Source: Rotaria socialis (taxonomy: Eukaryota). Taken from it: a stretch of DNA of 64,000 bases. Numbering within the stretch: position 1 is the first letter of the stretch; each line of letters begins with the position of its first letter. Both the position numbers and the translations under genes were made by a program. The stretch lies in the NCBI GenBank assembly GCA_905331295.1, contig CAJNYD010000037.1, positions 1 through 64,000 of the forward strand, written 5' to 3'. This document shows, one piece after another, positions 14,401-27,863 of the stretch. The notes under the pieces were generated by a model. That model saw nothing but the letters and a program-made list of their open reading frames with translations. It ran no database searches and was not told where the DNA came from.

Positions 14401-17400
14401 CATAATTTTTACCCTATTTTTGATCGATCTTTCATATCGAGATTTTCTAATAATTGATTAAGAGATGAATTAAGATCGCCTGTTTGAAATGGCTTATTTG
14501 TTGCTGGAATGCTTTGATTATTTGTAAACAATGGCATTGTTGATGAGTTTTTGTTTGATGACATCGAAGTGGGTTGAAGAATATCATCGAAAAAGCTCGC
14601 TAAAATAGTAAAGATAAATTATTTTCATTTTTCGAAATAAGAGATCGATTGACTATATAAAAGACTACATGCGATTGATATATCGCGAAACATGCTACAA
14701 TAATGTACAATACAAACTACCTTCTGTTATATTTGATACTAGTGATGTTTCAATTGATGAAGTTTCTTCTTCTTTTTTTTGTTAGGGAAAAAAATTAATA
14801 TTAGTAATGTTTAAATTTTTGTAATAGAAACAAAAAAGGATTTCATTTCACTTACTTCTAGGTAATGATGTGTCAAGCATATTTTGGAATGGCTGCTGTT
14901 GTTGTTGAGGAGGTTCGTGAAATGCAGGGAAAACATTTTGATTATTATTGAAAAATGAATTTGTTGATGTTTGTGCTGGTGGAGTAGTAAGCGAAAAAAG
15001 ATCATCGGTTAATAATTGTTGTTGTTGTATAGTTGTGCTTGGTTTTGCATGTTGACCGTTCGATGATGTTTGTTGTGAAAAGAAATCTGTGTCCCCGAAA
15101 TTATTGTTAGTTGTTGTTGTTGTTGATTGAGTAAATGCAGATGGTGATGACGAATCTTTACTCTAAAAAATAGTACAATTAAATAAGAAGAAAATGATTT
15201 ATTGATATAGCCAACTTTATTAAATTGTGCAAGTGCTTTAGCTTCTTCTTCGAGAATTTTTTGTGGATCATCACTATCATTGAATATTAAATCGCGTGAA
15301 AAACTCTTTAAATCTTGTTCAGTTTGTTGTCTAAATATAAATAAATAAATAGTTAATAGCGATAAATAATTTTCTTTTTCTCGGCATATATACCTTGATA
15401 TTGATGTTTGTGATATTTTTTTACCTTCCATGTGTGCCAAATGATTTTCCAATGCTTCCAAAAGACTACTTGGAGCCTATGAATGAAAAATTTTTAAAAC
15501 CTGTTGATAATCTGTTCTTATAAAAATTTTGTGAAATTTGATCAGAACTAATTTAGTTGGAATTTATGGCATGCAAATTTGAATATCCTTCTCCCTTTAC
15601 TTACTGTATTATTTTCATCAATTCTCTACATATACATATATATTTTTACTCGTAAAATGGAAGATTCGTATTTTTTAAGAATTTTCATATCAACTTACTC
15701 TTGATAGATCAGGAATTTCACTGCGTTCCATACCAGATGTCTAAAAATATAAACATTAGATTAACATTCATTATTTTATTTTATTTAAAAACTAGAATGT
15801 TTCATGTTAGTAATTCACACAGTAGAGCGTACAATGTTAAAGAAAAGCTATCATTTAATATGTGGTTTTTATCTCGTCATTTTATTTTCTATGCAGCGAA
15901 ACAAACCTGATAGATATACACTGAGAGTTGCTAGAGACATAAAAGAAAAGTAGTAGAATTGTAAGATTCACGCATACACACACACACACACGCAAAGGTG
16001 ATGAGACAAAAAGTTTTTCTCAAATCACTCTCGTTAAATTTGTTTTTTCTTAATTCACGATTACCTGTTTCCAAGGGCATCGCTCAACTAACCGACCAGT
16101 ACGCTAATTTATCATATATATATATATATAGATATATGCATGCAAGGGTTTGTATTTTGATTAAATAAGTTTAAAATATTAAATACAAATAGACTTACCT
16201 CAGCTACTTTAAGAAAATTTGAAACTTTATCTGTTCGATCAAGAAATTTCTTGTAAATATCTAATGCTTCACGGCATTGTTTTTTATTCATATCAAAATA
16301 TTTTTCTAGAAAATTAAATAGATATATCTTTTTTTTTTATCTTAATTCATATTGGAAAAACAAATTTTCTTACCGAGTAAGTTAATCATTCCATCATTAA
16401 AGGCAGCATATAAACGTATGAGATCTTTGATTAACAGAAAAAAACAACTATTTATAACACCATTTGTAAGCTCATTCGGTGTAACCTATAATAATAGATA
16501 CAAAAACAAATTCGATTTCGTTTTTAGGAATTAAATTTTTCTGGCGTGCTTCCTTCATTGCACATGCGTCACTACAAAAATTCTTAAATATAAGGCAAAC
16601 CCTAACTTACAGAAATTTTTAATTTCTTATTCTAAAATTTCTTTTTCATCTCATATTTTGAAAATCACATCGAAATAAACAACTTACATCAAATTCAAGT
16701 AAAGCGTCAAGTTGTTTTTGAAGAATAGGTAATGCTTTCAATAGCTAACAAAAAAATAGATCAATATTTTTATTTCAACGTCAAGATAATAATGATCTTA
16801 CCTTCTCAGTAGGCATTGTTCGAAGAACTCCATCGTCTTTTCTATAATACAAAAAACTTATAATTAAGTTTTATAAAATCAATAAATTAACAAACCCTCG
16901 TTTGATTTTACAAAAGTCATAGCCCATCAATTTATAAGATTCTCGTTTTTCATTTAAATAACTTGCATAGCGGCGAATATAATTTGACATATCACCGCCA
17001 GGCATTCCCATACGATCTAAATAAGACGCTGGCTGAAGTCTATGATTATGCGAAGCCATGTAAGCTTCAAAACGCTAGAATAAAAAAATCACGAAGAATT
17101 TCTTGATATTTTCCAATTAAAAACAAATTCACTTCATTTCCAAAGCACATTAAATGATGTATTGTAATTAATGCTTTAAACGAAACAACCCATGATGAAT
17201 TTTGTGTACGCTCAATCAACAGATCAGCTAATTGAGGTATTGATACATTCATTTCATTTGTTGCTTGCAAAAGAACTTCAAAATAAAATTTAAAAAAAAA
17301 CATTTATCATATTTTTTTGTTTTGGATTAAAAACTTACAATCAAGATGTTTTCGTTTGGGACCCATAATTTCTTCAGTTGTTGCTTTACAAACAACTTTT

Positions 17401-17474
17401 GCTAGAGCTTGTCCAGCAATTGTATTTTTTGCAGCCAAAAGTCGATCAACAAGGCTTTGCCCACCTGGTTGCAT
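11412..17474 (-). CDS. PICALM: Phosphatidylinositol-binding clathrin assembly protein (PICALM/AP180/UNC-11 family, ANTH domain), multi-exon
   Basis: N-terminus [45 protein letters not shown]; also [44 protein letters not shown] and [33 protein letters not shown]. Disordered tail with DLF/NPF/DPF motifs. The last exon ends [11 protein letters not shown] at 11412. Confidence 0.93.
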
Positions 17475-17810
17475 TTTTGTTTTTTTTGATTATCTAGTAG
17501 AACAAAAGAAATCGAAGTTAATATGAGATTTTTTTCTTGTCTTGATTATTTTGTTAGTGACATTATTTGTCAAGGTCATTTATACAATCAAATAAACATA
17601 GATGTATTTGTATTGAAAAAAGCAGCTGAAAATAAAAAAGAATTTTTCTATTAAACAATAAAAAATTTGATAAATAAAATTTATGGAAGAAAATCATGCG
17701 CTCATTAGGATTTCGATATGTCGACACAAGTATGAATTTATTTTATTGGCTTATTTGTTCCAGTAGGGTAAAATATGGATATTAGAGAAAATTAATGATT
17801 AATATTTATA

Positions 17811-20301
17811 ATGGATATTCGAATGGATAATGAATCTTTTCAAAAAATGAAATTAATTATTATTGAAGAGTTCAAAGACGAACATAAAACAATTAAATTC
17901 AAGTATAAAAGATATCCTTTTCTTTTCATATATATTCTTTTTTTTATCATTTTTCATGACATTGACATGTTTTTTCTCCTTGACTTTTTTTTTAATGAAT
18001 ATTTTAAGTCACAAAATTTATCGATTACTAATAAAAAAGTTACGCCGAAAATTAAAGCGTCAACAACTAGCAAAAGAGCGTGATGAAAAAATTCGTTTAG
18101 AAGAACTTCAAAGACAAAATGATCCATTATATCAAGCATGGATTATTCAAAAAGAAAAGACTCGATTACAAAAAGAAATCGAAGAAGAAGAAGAAAAGTA
18201 TGTCTGTAAATTAAGAAACAAATTGATTTGCAATTTTTAATACAGTAAAAAAGCTCGGAAATCACGAGAACAACGTGAACAAATGGAACTTCAACAGCAA
18301 CAAAAATTAACAAAAGAACGGGTAGAAAAACAAAAGGTAAACTAATTTGAAAAATAAATCAAAGCTCATTAAAATTGAGAAAAAAACAGGGTGTTCATTA
18401 TTCGTAATCGATTCTCTAGAGAATTTCAATTCTTTTGAAGGAATAATTTTTCTGTTAAAATATTTCGACAATTAGCTAGATAGAAATATTCTACGCATTT
18501 TTCAAGGCTAGCTGAAGTGTTAATAAGTTCGGACTAAAGTAAGTTGGATTATATTACGAATCTGATAGGTAAATATAATAATTGGTATATATTAATTTTG
18601 CCTTCGAAAGGACATACATTGTTTTACCGATAAAATAACTATAATGGCCAATAAATCACTTGCGCATGAATAATCAATTGCACATTGAAAAATAAATGAC
18701 ACATTAATACATAAAAAATTAAAACACGCAAAATGATTTAAGGTGTCGAAAACTTGGTACATTGTCGTACAAAAAGAAGATAAATTGATAAAAAGAAAGA
18801 TCGTATTCACAAAATGTGAATGTAATGTTGTGGTGCGATCTAATTCTTTGACTGAAACTTACTCTATTTTAATCAATAGACTAACAGTTAATTTGCTTTT
18901 AAATGTGATAGTCTTCACATTTAAATCTCATATTCAATAAACTATGCGAGTCAATTTATAGTTACTTTGAGGAGCGCATTACACTGTACTGTTTGTCTAG
19001 AAAGACAATTTTACGAATAGAATCATTCATATGAAAATATTGATTATAAAGAACGAGTTAAGACTTCGAGGTCTTTTATCTGAAATTTTTCTTTTAAATA
19101 TACATGTAATCAATACAACGTAGAATTCATACTATTTGTAGTGATTTTAAGAACAATAACGTGAAAATAATCTAAATAGAAAGACAACATAATGAAGTTC
19201 ATATAAAATTTTATAAATCGATCTCAATTTCATAAGAGTCAATGCCGATAGGACTTAGTCAAAGAAAGAATTATCTGCTAGATTTCTCCCGGAAATTATC
19301 TTGTTTATTTCTAGTGTCAAATTTTCCCCTTTAATAATCTACAGAAAAAGACTTTCAATACGAAACAATAAATTTTTTTTTCTTCAGGAATTATTATTAC
19401 CAGCAAAAACGAATAGCCCATCACATAATCCATTTGCCACAGTTCAAGACAGGATCACTGCAAGTATTGAACGTCCTGTTTGTTCGTTTTATTCCAAAAC
19501 CGGTGTTTGTCGATATGATGAACGGTAGGTTTTCTTGTTTAGAATTAGCTTCTTTTCAATTAGGTTTTCTTTCGTTTTATAGTTGTCATCGTACTCATAA
19601 TAGACCAGACATAACGAATACTCTATTAGCTGTAAATATGTATTCAAATTTTGAAATGCAATATGGTTTAGATAATGAATATGATTTTGGTAGATAATAA
19701 TAATTTAATCGATAAAACAGTTATAAAAAGAAAATCTTTTTTTTCTTTAAGATATTGGTTTAGAGTTTGAAGAATCAGAACGTTATGAAAATTTTAAAGA
19801 TTTTTTTTACGATGTTTTACCAGAATTTGAACGATTTGGTCGTGTTATTATGTTCAAAGTATGCTACAATTCAGGGATACATTTACGTGGAAATGTTTAT
19901 GTGCAATATAAGACGTATATTATTTTATTACCGATGTTCTTCTAAATTGGAAAGATTGATTATTTTATAGAGATTATGAAGCTATGCAAGCATATAAAGC
20001 ATTAAATACAAGATATTATGCTGGCCGAATGGTTCAATGTCAATTTGTAAATATTCCTAGTTGGACAGCGGCTATTTGCGGTACACATTAAATTTTCTTT
20101 TTATTTAAATTTATAATCTGCTTTTAAGGTTTATCTGAATTTGGCAAATGTCCAAAAGGCCGTCGTTGCCATTATTTACATGTGTTTCGGAATCCACCAG
20201 TAAAGTCTATTGAAAAAGAAAAAAAATCTAGTCGAAAGCATAAACGTTCAAAATCTCGAGATCGTTCACATAGAAAAAAGAAAAAGAAATCTCATCATTG
20301 A
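17811..20301 (+). CDS. ZRSR2: U2AF35-related protein URP/ZRSR2 (CCCH-UHM-CCCH); start uncertain (17811 via a first intron, or 17995)
   Basis: N-terminal SHKIYRLLIKKLRRKLKRQQLAKERD. ZnF1 CSFYSKTGVCRYDERCHRTH. UHM FKDFFYDVLPEFERFGRVIMFKVCYNSGIHLRGNVYVQY. ZnF2 WTAAICGLSEFGKCPKGRRCHYLHVFRNP. Short RS/K-rich tail ending TGA at 20299-20301. Confidence 0.9.
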
Positions 20302-20365
20302 AAATTGTATTTTGTTTTTGCATAGTTTTTAGATATATTTAAACACATTTGATCTTTTCACAACT

Positions 20366-23300
20366 ATGAGTGAAGATAATAATACAACGACAAATAATAA
20401 TAATAATAATAATAGTATAGAACAATGTTCAATATTTACTGAACAAGACAAAGAATTAGCTGTTAAAGCTAAGCAAGAATATGAAGGAGGACAATACGAT
20501 GGTTTGTTGAAGCAATTCTCTTTGTTTTTGTTACAAAAAATATATATGAATTGTCTTTTGTTGATTTAGTTTGTTTGAAGACATTGCAAAAAATCCTTGA
20601 ATCATGTCCAGATGATCCGAAAGTTCTGTTTAATGTTGCACTAGCAGAATATGCGATGTCAAGTTTTCAAAAAACAGATGCGTTCAAAGTACAACTTAAT
20701 AAAATAGCTGAAAAGGTAATTCTTCTTTACAAATTTGAAATCAATAAGAAATAGGTGTTAATTTTTTTTCCAATTTAAATTACTCTTGAAAAATGAATAA
20801 TAAAAAGACCTTGAAAAATGTTGATACGAAGTGACAGTTTTATGGTAGCCCTGAAGAGTTTTTGAGAGCCCTTTAAAAAATTGTAGCTAAAGGGAATCAT
20901 GATAGACTGGTTTAAGCGATTAAAGCTTTTAATTTTTCATGAGACAGAATTTATGCGTAATCTAATAAGAAGTAGACAGACAAAGAATGATCTGTTCATC
21001 TTATGATTCATAAGTACATTAATCATCTTAAAAGATTGTTTAGAATCTTCTATAACATATTTTATTATTGATATAAAATAGAAAGAGTTTTAATAGAATA
21101 TCTATTTGCTTAAGTATTGTTTTTGATTTAGAATGCTCTTTGTTTTTTTTTGGATCTTTTTCTAATCTATTTTCAGAACGGTAAAAGTCAGCTAGGCTTT
21201 CATAGTAATCAGCTCATGTCAACATTTCATTTTGTCAAGATGATCTATTGAACTCAATTATCCTCTGCTATATTGAGCTAAACATACGAATTGTTTATGC
21301 GAGTGCTTATTCTGATACTGTTATATGGATATATATTAGGAAATGCAGCTATTTTCATCTTTTTCCAGACTATGATTTTATATCTTGAATAAATTCATTT
21401 AAGAAAAAACTATTTTTCATGTTACTTAACGTGGATGAACTCTAATTTTTCATTATAATATGTAACTTCGAAATTTTAGATCGGAAAATAACTTTGCATT
21501 TCTTTTGTAAAACCGTCGTTTTTGTTACTCTTATATTATCCAAGAAATGATACAGAGAAAGTTTGAATCTTTGAATTTATCCTTGTTTGAAGTCTCTTCA
21601 CAATATTCAGAAAGTAACAGGAAAAAATCGCTCAATCCGATACAGCGATTTCGTTTAGTAGAAAATTAACTCATAAATCATATTCATCAGAACAAAATTC
21701 AAGATAGATTGTCCACAATAGTACTAGTGACTGACTAGATGTTATTGGGGCTGAAATTTTGGTACGTTATAATTCTATTCGAAACTTATTTCAATTCAAT
21801 GAAGCTTTTCATGAATCAATAATAGCGAAACAAATTCACATGCGTTATAGAACGAAACGAAACTGATTGCTCATCTAATAACTTTTTATTCTATTTAGCT
21901 ACATTGCTCGTTAGACGGTGTTACAACATTAGAAGAACCAGATCAATGTACAGTATTTTATAATATGGCTGTCCTTCTATATCATACGCGTCAATATCGA
22001 TCAGCATTATTAGTTGTGGAAAAGCTTTTCCGATTCATCGGACAAATAGGTAAATATTGTTATTTAAGTAAAATCAAAAAAAAGAAACTTGTAATTTTCT
22101 CAATAAAAGATGAAACACTCTCATGGAAAATTTGCCTTCTTATGTGTGAACTTGATTTATGTACATTTCAGGTAAAGAATTTTGTTCATTTTTATAGTTC
22201 AAATTAACTTTATATTGATATCTATTTTTCAGCCGGAAAATGCACTAGCAACAGTGATACATCTTGAAAAATTAATCAGTGAAAGCGTGATTTCACCATC
22301 AAACGGTCTATCACACAGCCCAAATATGCTTATTGAAAATCTCGAAGTTCTAAAATCAAAAATCAGTTTGGTTAGTCTTTCTTTTACTTTTTTTGACAGC
22401 ACAATTAAATTTTGATCTTTTTTGTTTAGTATAAAATTCGTTGTTTACTTATGCTGAAATCATTGCGCATTTGTAAAAAAGAATTAAGACAACTTCAGAA
22501 TACTAATATAGTAAGATTGAAATCGATCTTTATTTTTAATAATATTATATTTTTCTCCGCTTTTAGTCATCAACAAGTTTAACGTATGCTCGTGCGAATT
22601 TCGAATATTTCAAAGAAAATCATATCAGAGCACTTAAAATTCTAACGAATAATCAACAAACAAATTCGTCGTTGATATCATTGCAAACGAATTCTTCTCA
22701 TTGTTTTTACAATAATCTTTCATGTATACATTTTCATTTACACAAATCAGCATTCGCATTATTCTATATGCGTCGTGCATTAGCAGAAAATAATCGTCTA
22801 CTTATTGAACAATTAAATAGCAATGATAAACAATTAATTGTTCATAATATAAATCGAAAATATGAAATTTTATATAATCTTGGTATACAACTATTATTTA
22901 AACATCAACCGTTGCCAGCATTTGAATGTTTAATCGATGTTATTAATATTTATTCAAATAATGTTCGTTTATGGTTACGTTTAGCTGAATGTTGTATTAT
23001 GATACATCGTTCATCGAATGACGATATATTTAAATTAGAAGAAAAATTAAAATGTGTTCTACAATCTATTGGTACTGGTTTTCATCATAAATTAATTTTA
23101 GGAAATTGTAACACATCAACATCATCAAAAAAATCAACAGTAACAAATGGAAATGAAAATTGTTCAATGGAATTTGCTTTATTTTGTTTAAAAAATGCAT
23201 TAGCATCATTGCCACCGATAACTGAAGATGATTTACAGTACGTCATATCATACTTTCATTGAATTTCCATGTTTTTCAAAAGACATTTTCTACAATAAAC

Positions 23301-25742
23301 CTTTTTAGCATCGATACAATCTATGATGAGAGCCTCCTATAACAGATAAAAGTTCAGAAAGTCATGTTTCTAGAGATCCTATAAAGTTCTAAACAGAAGA
23401 TTTCATATTACTATCTTCTGAAGATTTTTTAAGAGACATGAATTTTGCACTTTCCATTCTTTCACAAGCGCATTTGTGACTAATAGAATATTGGTACTGC
23501 ATTATGTCACTAATTAAAAGCAAACAACACTTTTTATTCAACATGTAGACATACTCGGGAAAACTTTTGAATAGAGATTATTTAGCTTCGACGTCATGGG
23601 GTATTTGAATTTGCGGCAAATTCAAAATGCTTATACCGCTATACTGTTATAGCGGTAGCTAGATGTCATGTATCCCTTACTGAAACAGGAGAGAAGGTGT
23701 CCCCACCGCCACACTAGGTACTCCTCCGCCTACACCCACACTAGTTACCCCATCGTATGGTATAGTAGTATAGCGGTATACTACTTATACCGCTATACCA
23801 CTACAGTTTTTATTTTGTCACAAATAGAGGTGATTTTAATGAATTCGATTTTGTCGCAAATTCATATTCCCCATCATATGTTTGCTTCAGGAGTTTTCAA
23901 GATAATTCACATACCCTTTTCATCTGAAGATTTTCACAATTAAAAAAATAAAATGAAAGCCGATGTTACACATACTAATTCTTGACTGATAATTGTTGTG
24001 AAAAAAACTTTCCATCGTAAATTTTTTTTATGTGTAAGACATAAAGACTAGTTGTGCAGAAATTCATCATTCCGGTATACACATTTTTGTTTTATTTAAT
24101 TGAAACATGGTATTAACGAATAATTTTATCCATGTAGACACTATTACAACTCTTTGCATTGCTTTAATAATTCTTTCTAGGAAAGATGGAACAAAACTTT
24201 ATCCAGCACCACCAGGAAATCCAATACGAATAGGAGACATGATTGCATTAAAATGTTCAATATTAGCTGCTGCTGCTTATGTGTCCTTGTGTTTAAATGA
24301 TTTTGTTTCGGCTAAAAATTATGCAACATATTTATTAGAAGAACCTCGGGCATCATCTGGACATAAGTTAGTGATCATAAATTTTATTTCAATTATTCAC
24401 TTTTCTTTGTTTAAAGATATCTTGCTCGATTATATCTATCTGAAAGTTTATTAGCAATGAATAAAATTGATCTAGCTATTAGTCAACTTGATGCTGAATC
24501 AATAAAAACTGAAAATGATCTGTCATTTAAAATGTCTATTACAACAGTAGATAAAGGTAAAGAAAAAAGAATATCAAATCTAATACATACTGATCATTTA
24601 CTTTGCTTTATAGAAGAAAAATCTGATACACCAGAAGCCACGCCAACAGTTCCAAAAGGTAAAAGAAAACAAAAAATAAACTTTTTAATCTTTCTTCGAG
24701 GCTTAAGAAATAAATGCAAGATCAATTTTGTTAACGAATTGTTTTCAAATGACAGAAAGATTAAGGTCAGAATATTGCTGAGTTAAATAATAAAATTTTT
24801 ACAATGTTAATATAGACACTGAAAAGTGAGTAGAATAGGTCGGATACAAAATGGTTGAACCCCCAATTACGATTTCAGGATCTAATTCACAGATTCTAGC
24901 AAAAATAAGTCAATAACAAAGAATATTTTCACGCCCTTATACGTACATTCGGTACGATATTAAGCCACATTCTCAACTAAAAAATATATGTCATTTTTGT
25001 AGTGTCGTGTTTCTATACTTCAGTACGCGCCGATACAGGGGTGTACTACTGACATTGAATAAAGGATCCTCCTAAACTGAAACTGTGCTTTTCTAATCAA
25101 CAGGTTCCATATCGGATTAAAAACTGTTATCGAAAATTTGCAGCATTTAATTGTATATTGAAGTTTTAGAAGAATGATCTTAAAATATCCCTAGAAACTG
25201 GTGAAAATCTTGAATATTTTTATTGTTTAATCGAAAATACATTTGATAAAGCGTCTGATCTTTTTCGTCGCAAGTTTTTTATTGAAAACAATTTCAACTT
25301 GTTCGTATTTTTTCTCTAGTTGATTTGGTCAGTTGGTTACCACGTGATGCACGTGTTGGGCAAGCCATTGTATATTATAATATTGCTGCCATTTATGCTA
25401 TTACAAATGATGTTGAAAAAGCTTTCAAACATTTCAATTTGGTTAGCGAGATAGCTATTTTCTAATTCTCAACAGTTAATATTATTCTATTTATTTAGTT
25501 TGTCAATCTCTTTGGAAAAACACAACCAGCACATTCATTTCAATTGAAATTCTATTTAGACTTACTTGATGGTAAACAATAATATATATTTACTTGATAG
25601 TAAAACGTGGGTGTTTTTTATTATAGGTAATCGTCATCGTCTACAAATTTTATTAAAAGAAAATTTCGGTCATTTAACATCAAATAAATCTTTTGTTGCA
25701 TTTCCAACTATTACACATACATTATCAAACAATAATTCATAA
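20366..25742 (+). CDS. CNOT10: CCR4-NOT transcription complex subunit 10 (TPR-like), multi-exon
   Basis: EQDKELAVKAKQEYEGGQYD, DPKVLFNVALAEY, YNMAVLLYHTRQY, YEILYNLGIQLLFKHQPLPAFECL...NVRLWLRLAECCI, PAPPGNPIR...LKCSILAAAAYVSLCLND. GT-AG exons run to TAA at 25740-25742. Confidence 0.9.
23598..23872. mobile_element. MITE in a CNOT10 intron
   Basis: ~26-bp TIR GGGGTATTTGAATTTGCGGCAAATTC versus GGGGAATATGAATTTGCGACAAAATC (reverse complement of right end). Flanked by AT on both sides. Internal TACCGCTATA/TATAGCGGTA palindromes. Confidence 0.8.
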
Positions 25743-26702
25743 ATTCGATTATTTATCGATTAAATGCAAAAAAAAGACAACATTTTTTTCTTCTTTTCTT
25801 TCTCTTTCGTTCGTTATGTTTATTGTTGTTGTGCTCATTTTTTAAGGTTATCTTTTTGTTATTGCATATAGACGACTTGATTTCTCTTTATGATTTTTTT
25901 TCTAAATAGAAAACAAATCGATTATCAGTACATAAATAATACATATTCTGTAATACGAATAACAAATCATACGATAGATTCTACATTTAAACAATATCAA
26001 CCAGTAACACTGGTCTAGAAAGATATTCGTTGTAATGAACTTATTAATAATAGCCAAATTTGTTTCGAAAAATAATCGATCGACTATATAAAATGATAGA
26101 GTAAGTTTTGTGATCTAATATGTATGTGTTCACGATAGTATAGAACTATGTAACAAGAAAAACTTCAATCGAAAAAAGAAAGAAAGAGATAGTATACAAG
26201 ACATACTATACTATTGTTATATAATACTTCTATGTTCTTAAATGTATACTTATCTTTTTTATTTTTATCTACTGATTATTTTCAATTATACATATTAGTA
26301 ATGAGTTACTTACAAAATCTCCGATGATAAAAATGAATAAAGAATTTCAAGAATTTTTTTTCTTTTGTCAAATTAATACATAATATAAAGATGCATATTT
26401 ATTTTTGGATTCACATCATTGAGTACATGCGTATACATTTTTTCATAATTCAGAATATGAAGCCTATAAATGAACGGCAAGATAAAAATCTTCTTTCTTA
26501 TTTTTTTTTCTTCTTCTTCTTTTGGAAACAGAAAACCAGCGACCATGATTACATGCGACAGAGAAAGAAAAAGAAATTAATGTAAAGAGACCAAATAGTA
26601 ATAAAAAGATCGAATACAATGGATATATGCATATGTAGACGTTTAGTTATTTTGTAAATACGTATAAGAACACAAGCGAACAAAGAGATTTACAGCGATA
26701 CA

Positions 26703-26706
<4 letters not shown>

Positions 26707-26734
<28 letters not shown>
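26707..26734. repeat. (GA)14 microsatellite, probably in the RAB5 3' UTR
   Basis: Seen directly. Confidence 0.9.
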
Positions 26735-26737
<3 letters not shown>

Positions 26738-27099
26738 AACAATGAATGAAAAAAAATGAAATCAAATGACGCATTTAAATAGATAAATTAAATGTTATGC
26801 TTGAGTGTATACGAATCATCTGTTGGTTATTATTTTCTTCTTAAACGATCTAGCTTATATCACTGTGACAAGAAAAAGGACCATGAACAAAATGAAGAAC
26901 ATTAATATATATTATATACAAAAAGAAAGAAATTACGGCCAATATGTGTTTTATTTGATATTTGTATGTCTCTTCTTTTTTTGACGAATCGATTTTGCTC
27001 GTGAAGATCGTCTGGTGGTAGTATTTGTTTTTTAAATAAGGAACAAAAGAGCAGGCAAGAAAAAAAAAGAAGCAAAAAAAAACAAATAAATAGATATCT

Positions 27100-27863
27100 T
27101 TACTTAGTACCCGCACAACATCCTCCATCGCTTCCCGCCGCTCTTGAATTTCCAGGTCGATCGACTGTTATCGATGGACCGTTATTACCCGTTCGTCCAC
27201 TTGATGAATCTTGGTTTTTTGGCAGTTTCTTTGCTATAGCCATAAATATATCATTAACATTCATAGCTGTTTTAGCTGACGTTTCCATAAATATCAAACC
27301 ATTTTCATCAGCATAAGTCTGAGCATCGACAACTTCAATTTGACGTTTAGCTGCTAAATCTGCTTTATTACCAGCTAAAGCAATAACAATATTTGGAGCT
27401 GCTTGACGTTGTAATTCTTTAACCCATACTTTAGCTCGACTGAATGTATCCGCATTAGTTATATCATAAACGACAATAGCTGCTTGAGCACCTCTATAAT
27501 ACATTGGTGCTAATGAATGATATCTAAACAAGATAATATAATAAGAAAGTTAAAATCAAATAAAAAAAACATTTATTGTAACAAACAGAAAACCTACCTT
27601 TCTTGTCCAGCAGTATCCCATAATTCAAGTTTAACTGTTGTATCATCGACAGATACAGTTTGTGTAAGAAAAGCTGCACCAATAGTCGATTCTTGATATT
27701 CATGAAATTGTCCCCGAACAAATCGAAGTACTAATGATGATTTACCAACTGCTGATTCACCCAATAGAACCATTTTGAATTGACATGTTCGTGCTGATTG
27801 ACCATTAACTGGTGACCGATTCGCATTTGAATTATTACTTGTTTGGCGATTATTGCTAGTCAT
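27100..27863 (-). CDS. RAB5: Rab5 small GTPase (exons 27598-27863 and 27100-27523)
   Basis: [76 protein letters not shown]-terminal GGCCAGTK prenylation cysteines. Confidence 0.97.

Noticed and set aside
15583..15590. ATATCCTT U12-like donor, and GTATCCTT near 62545
   Set aside because: The first is antisense to PICALM and the second is intergenic. Neither has a matching branch site or exon context.
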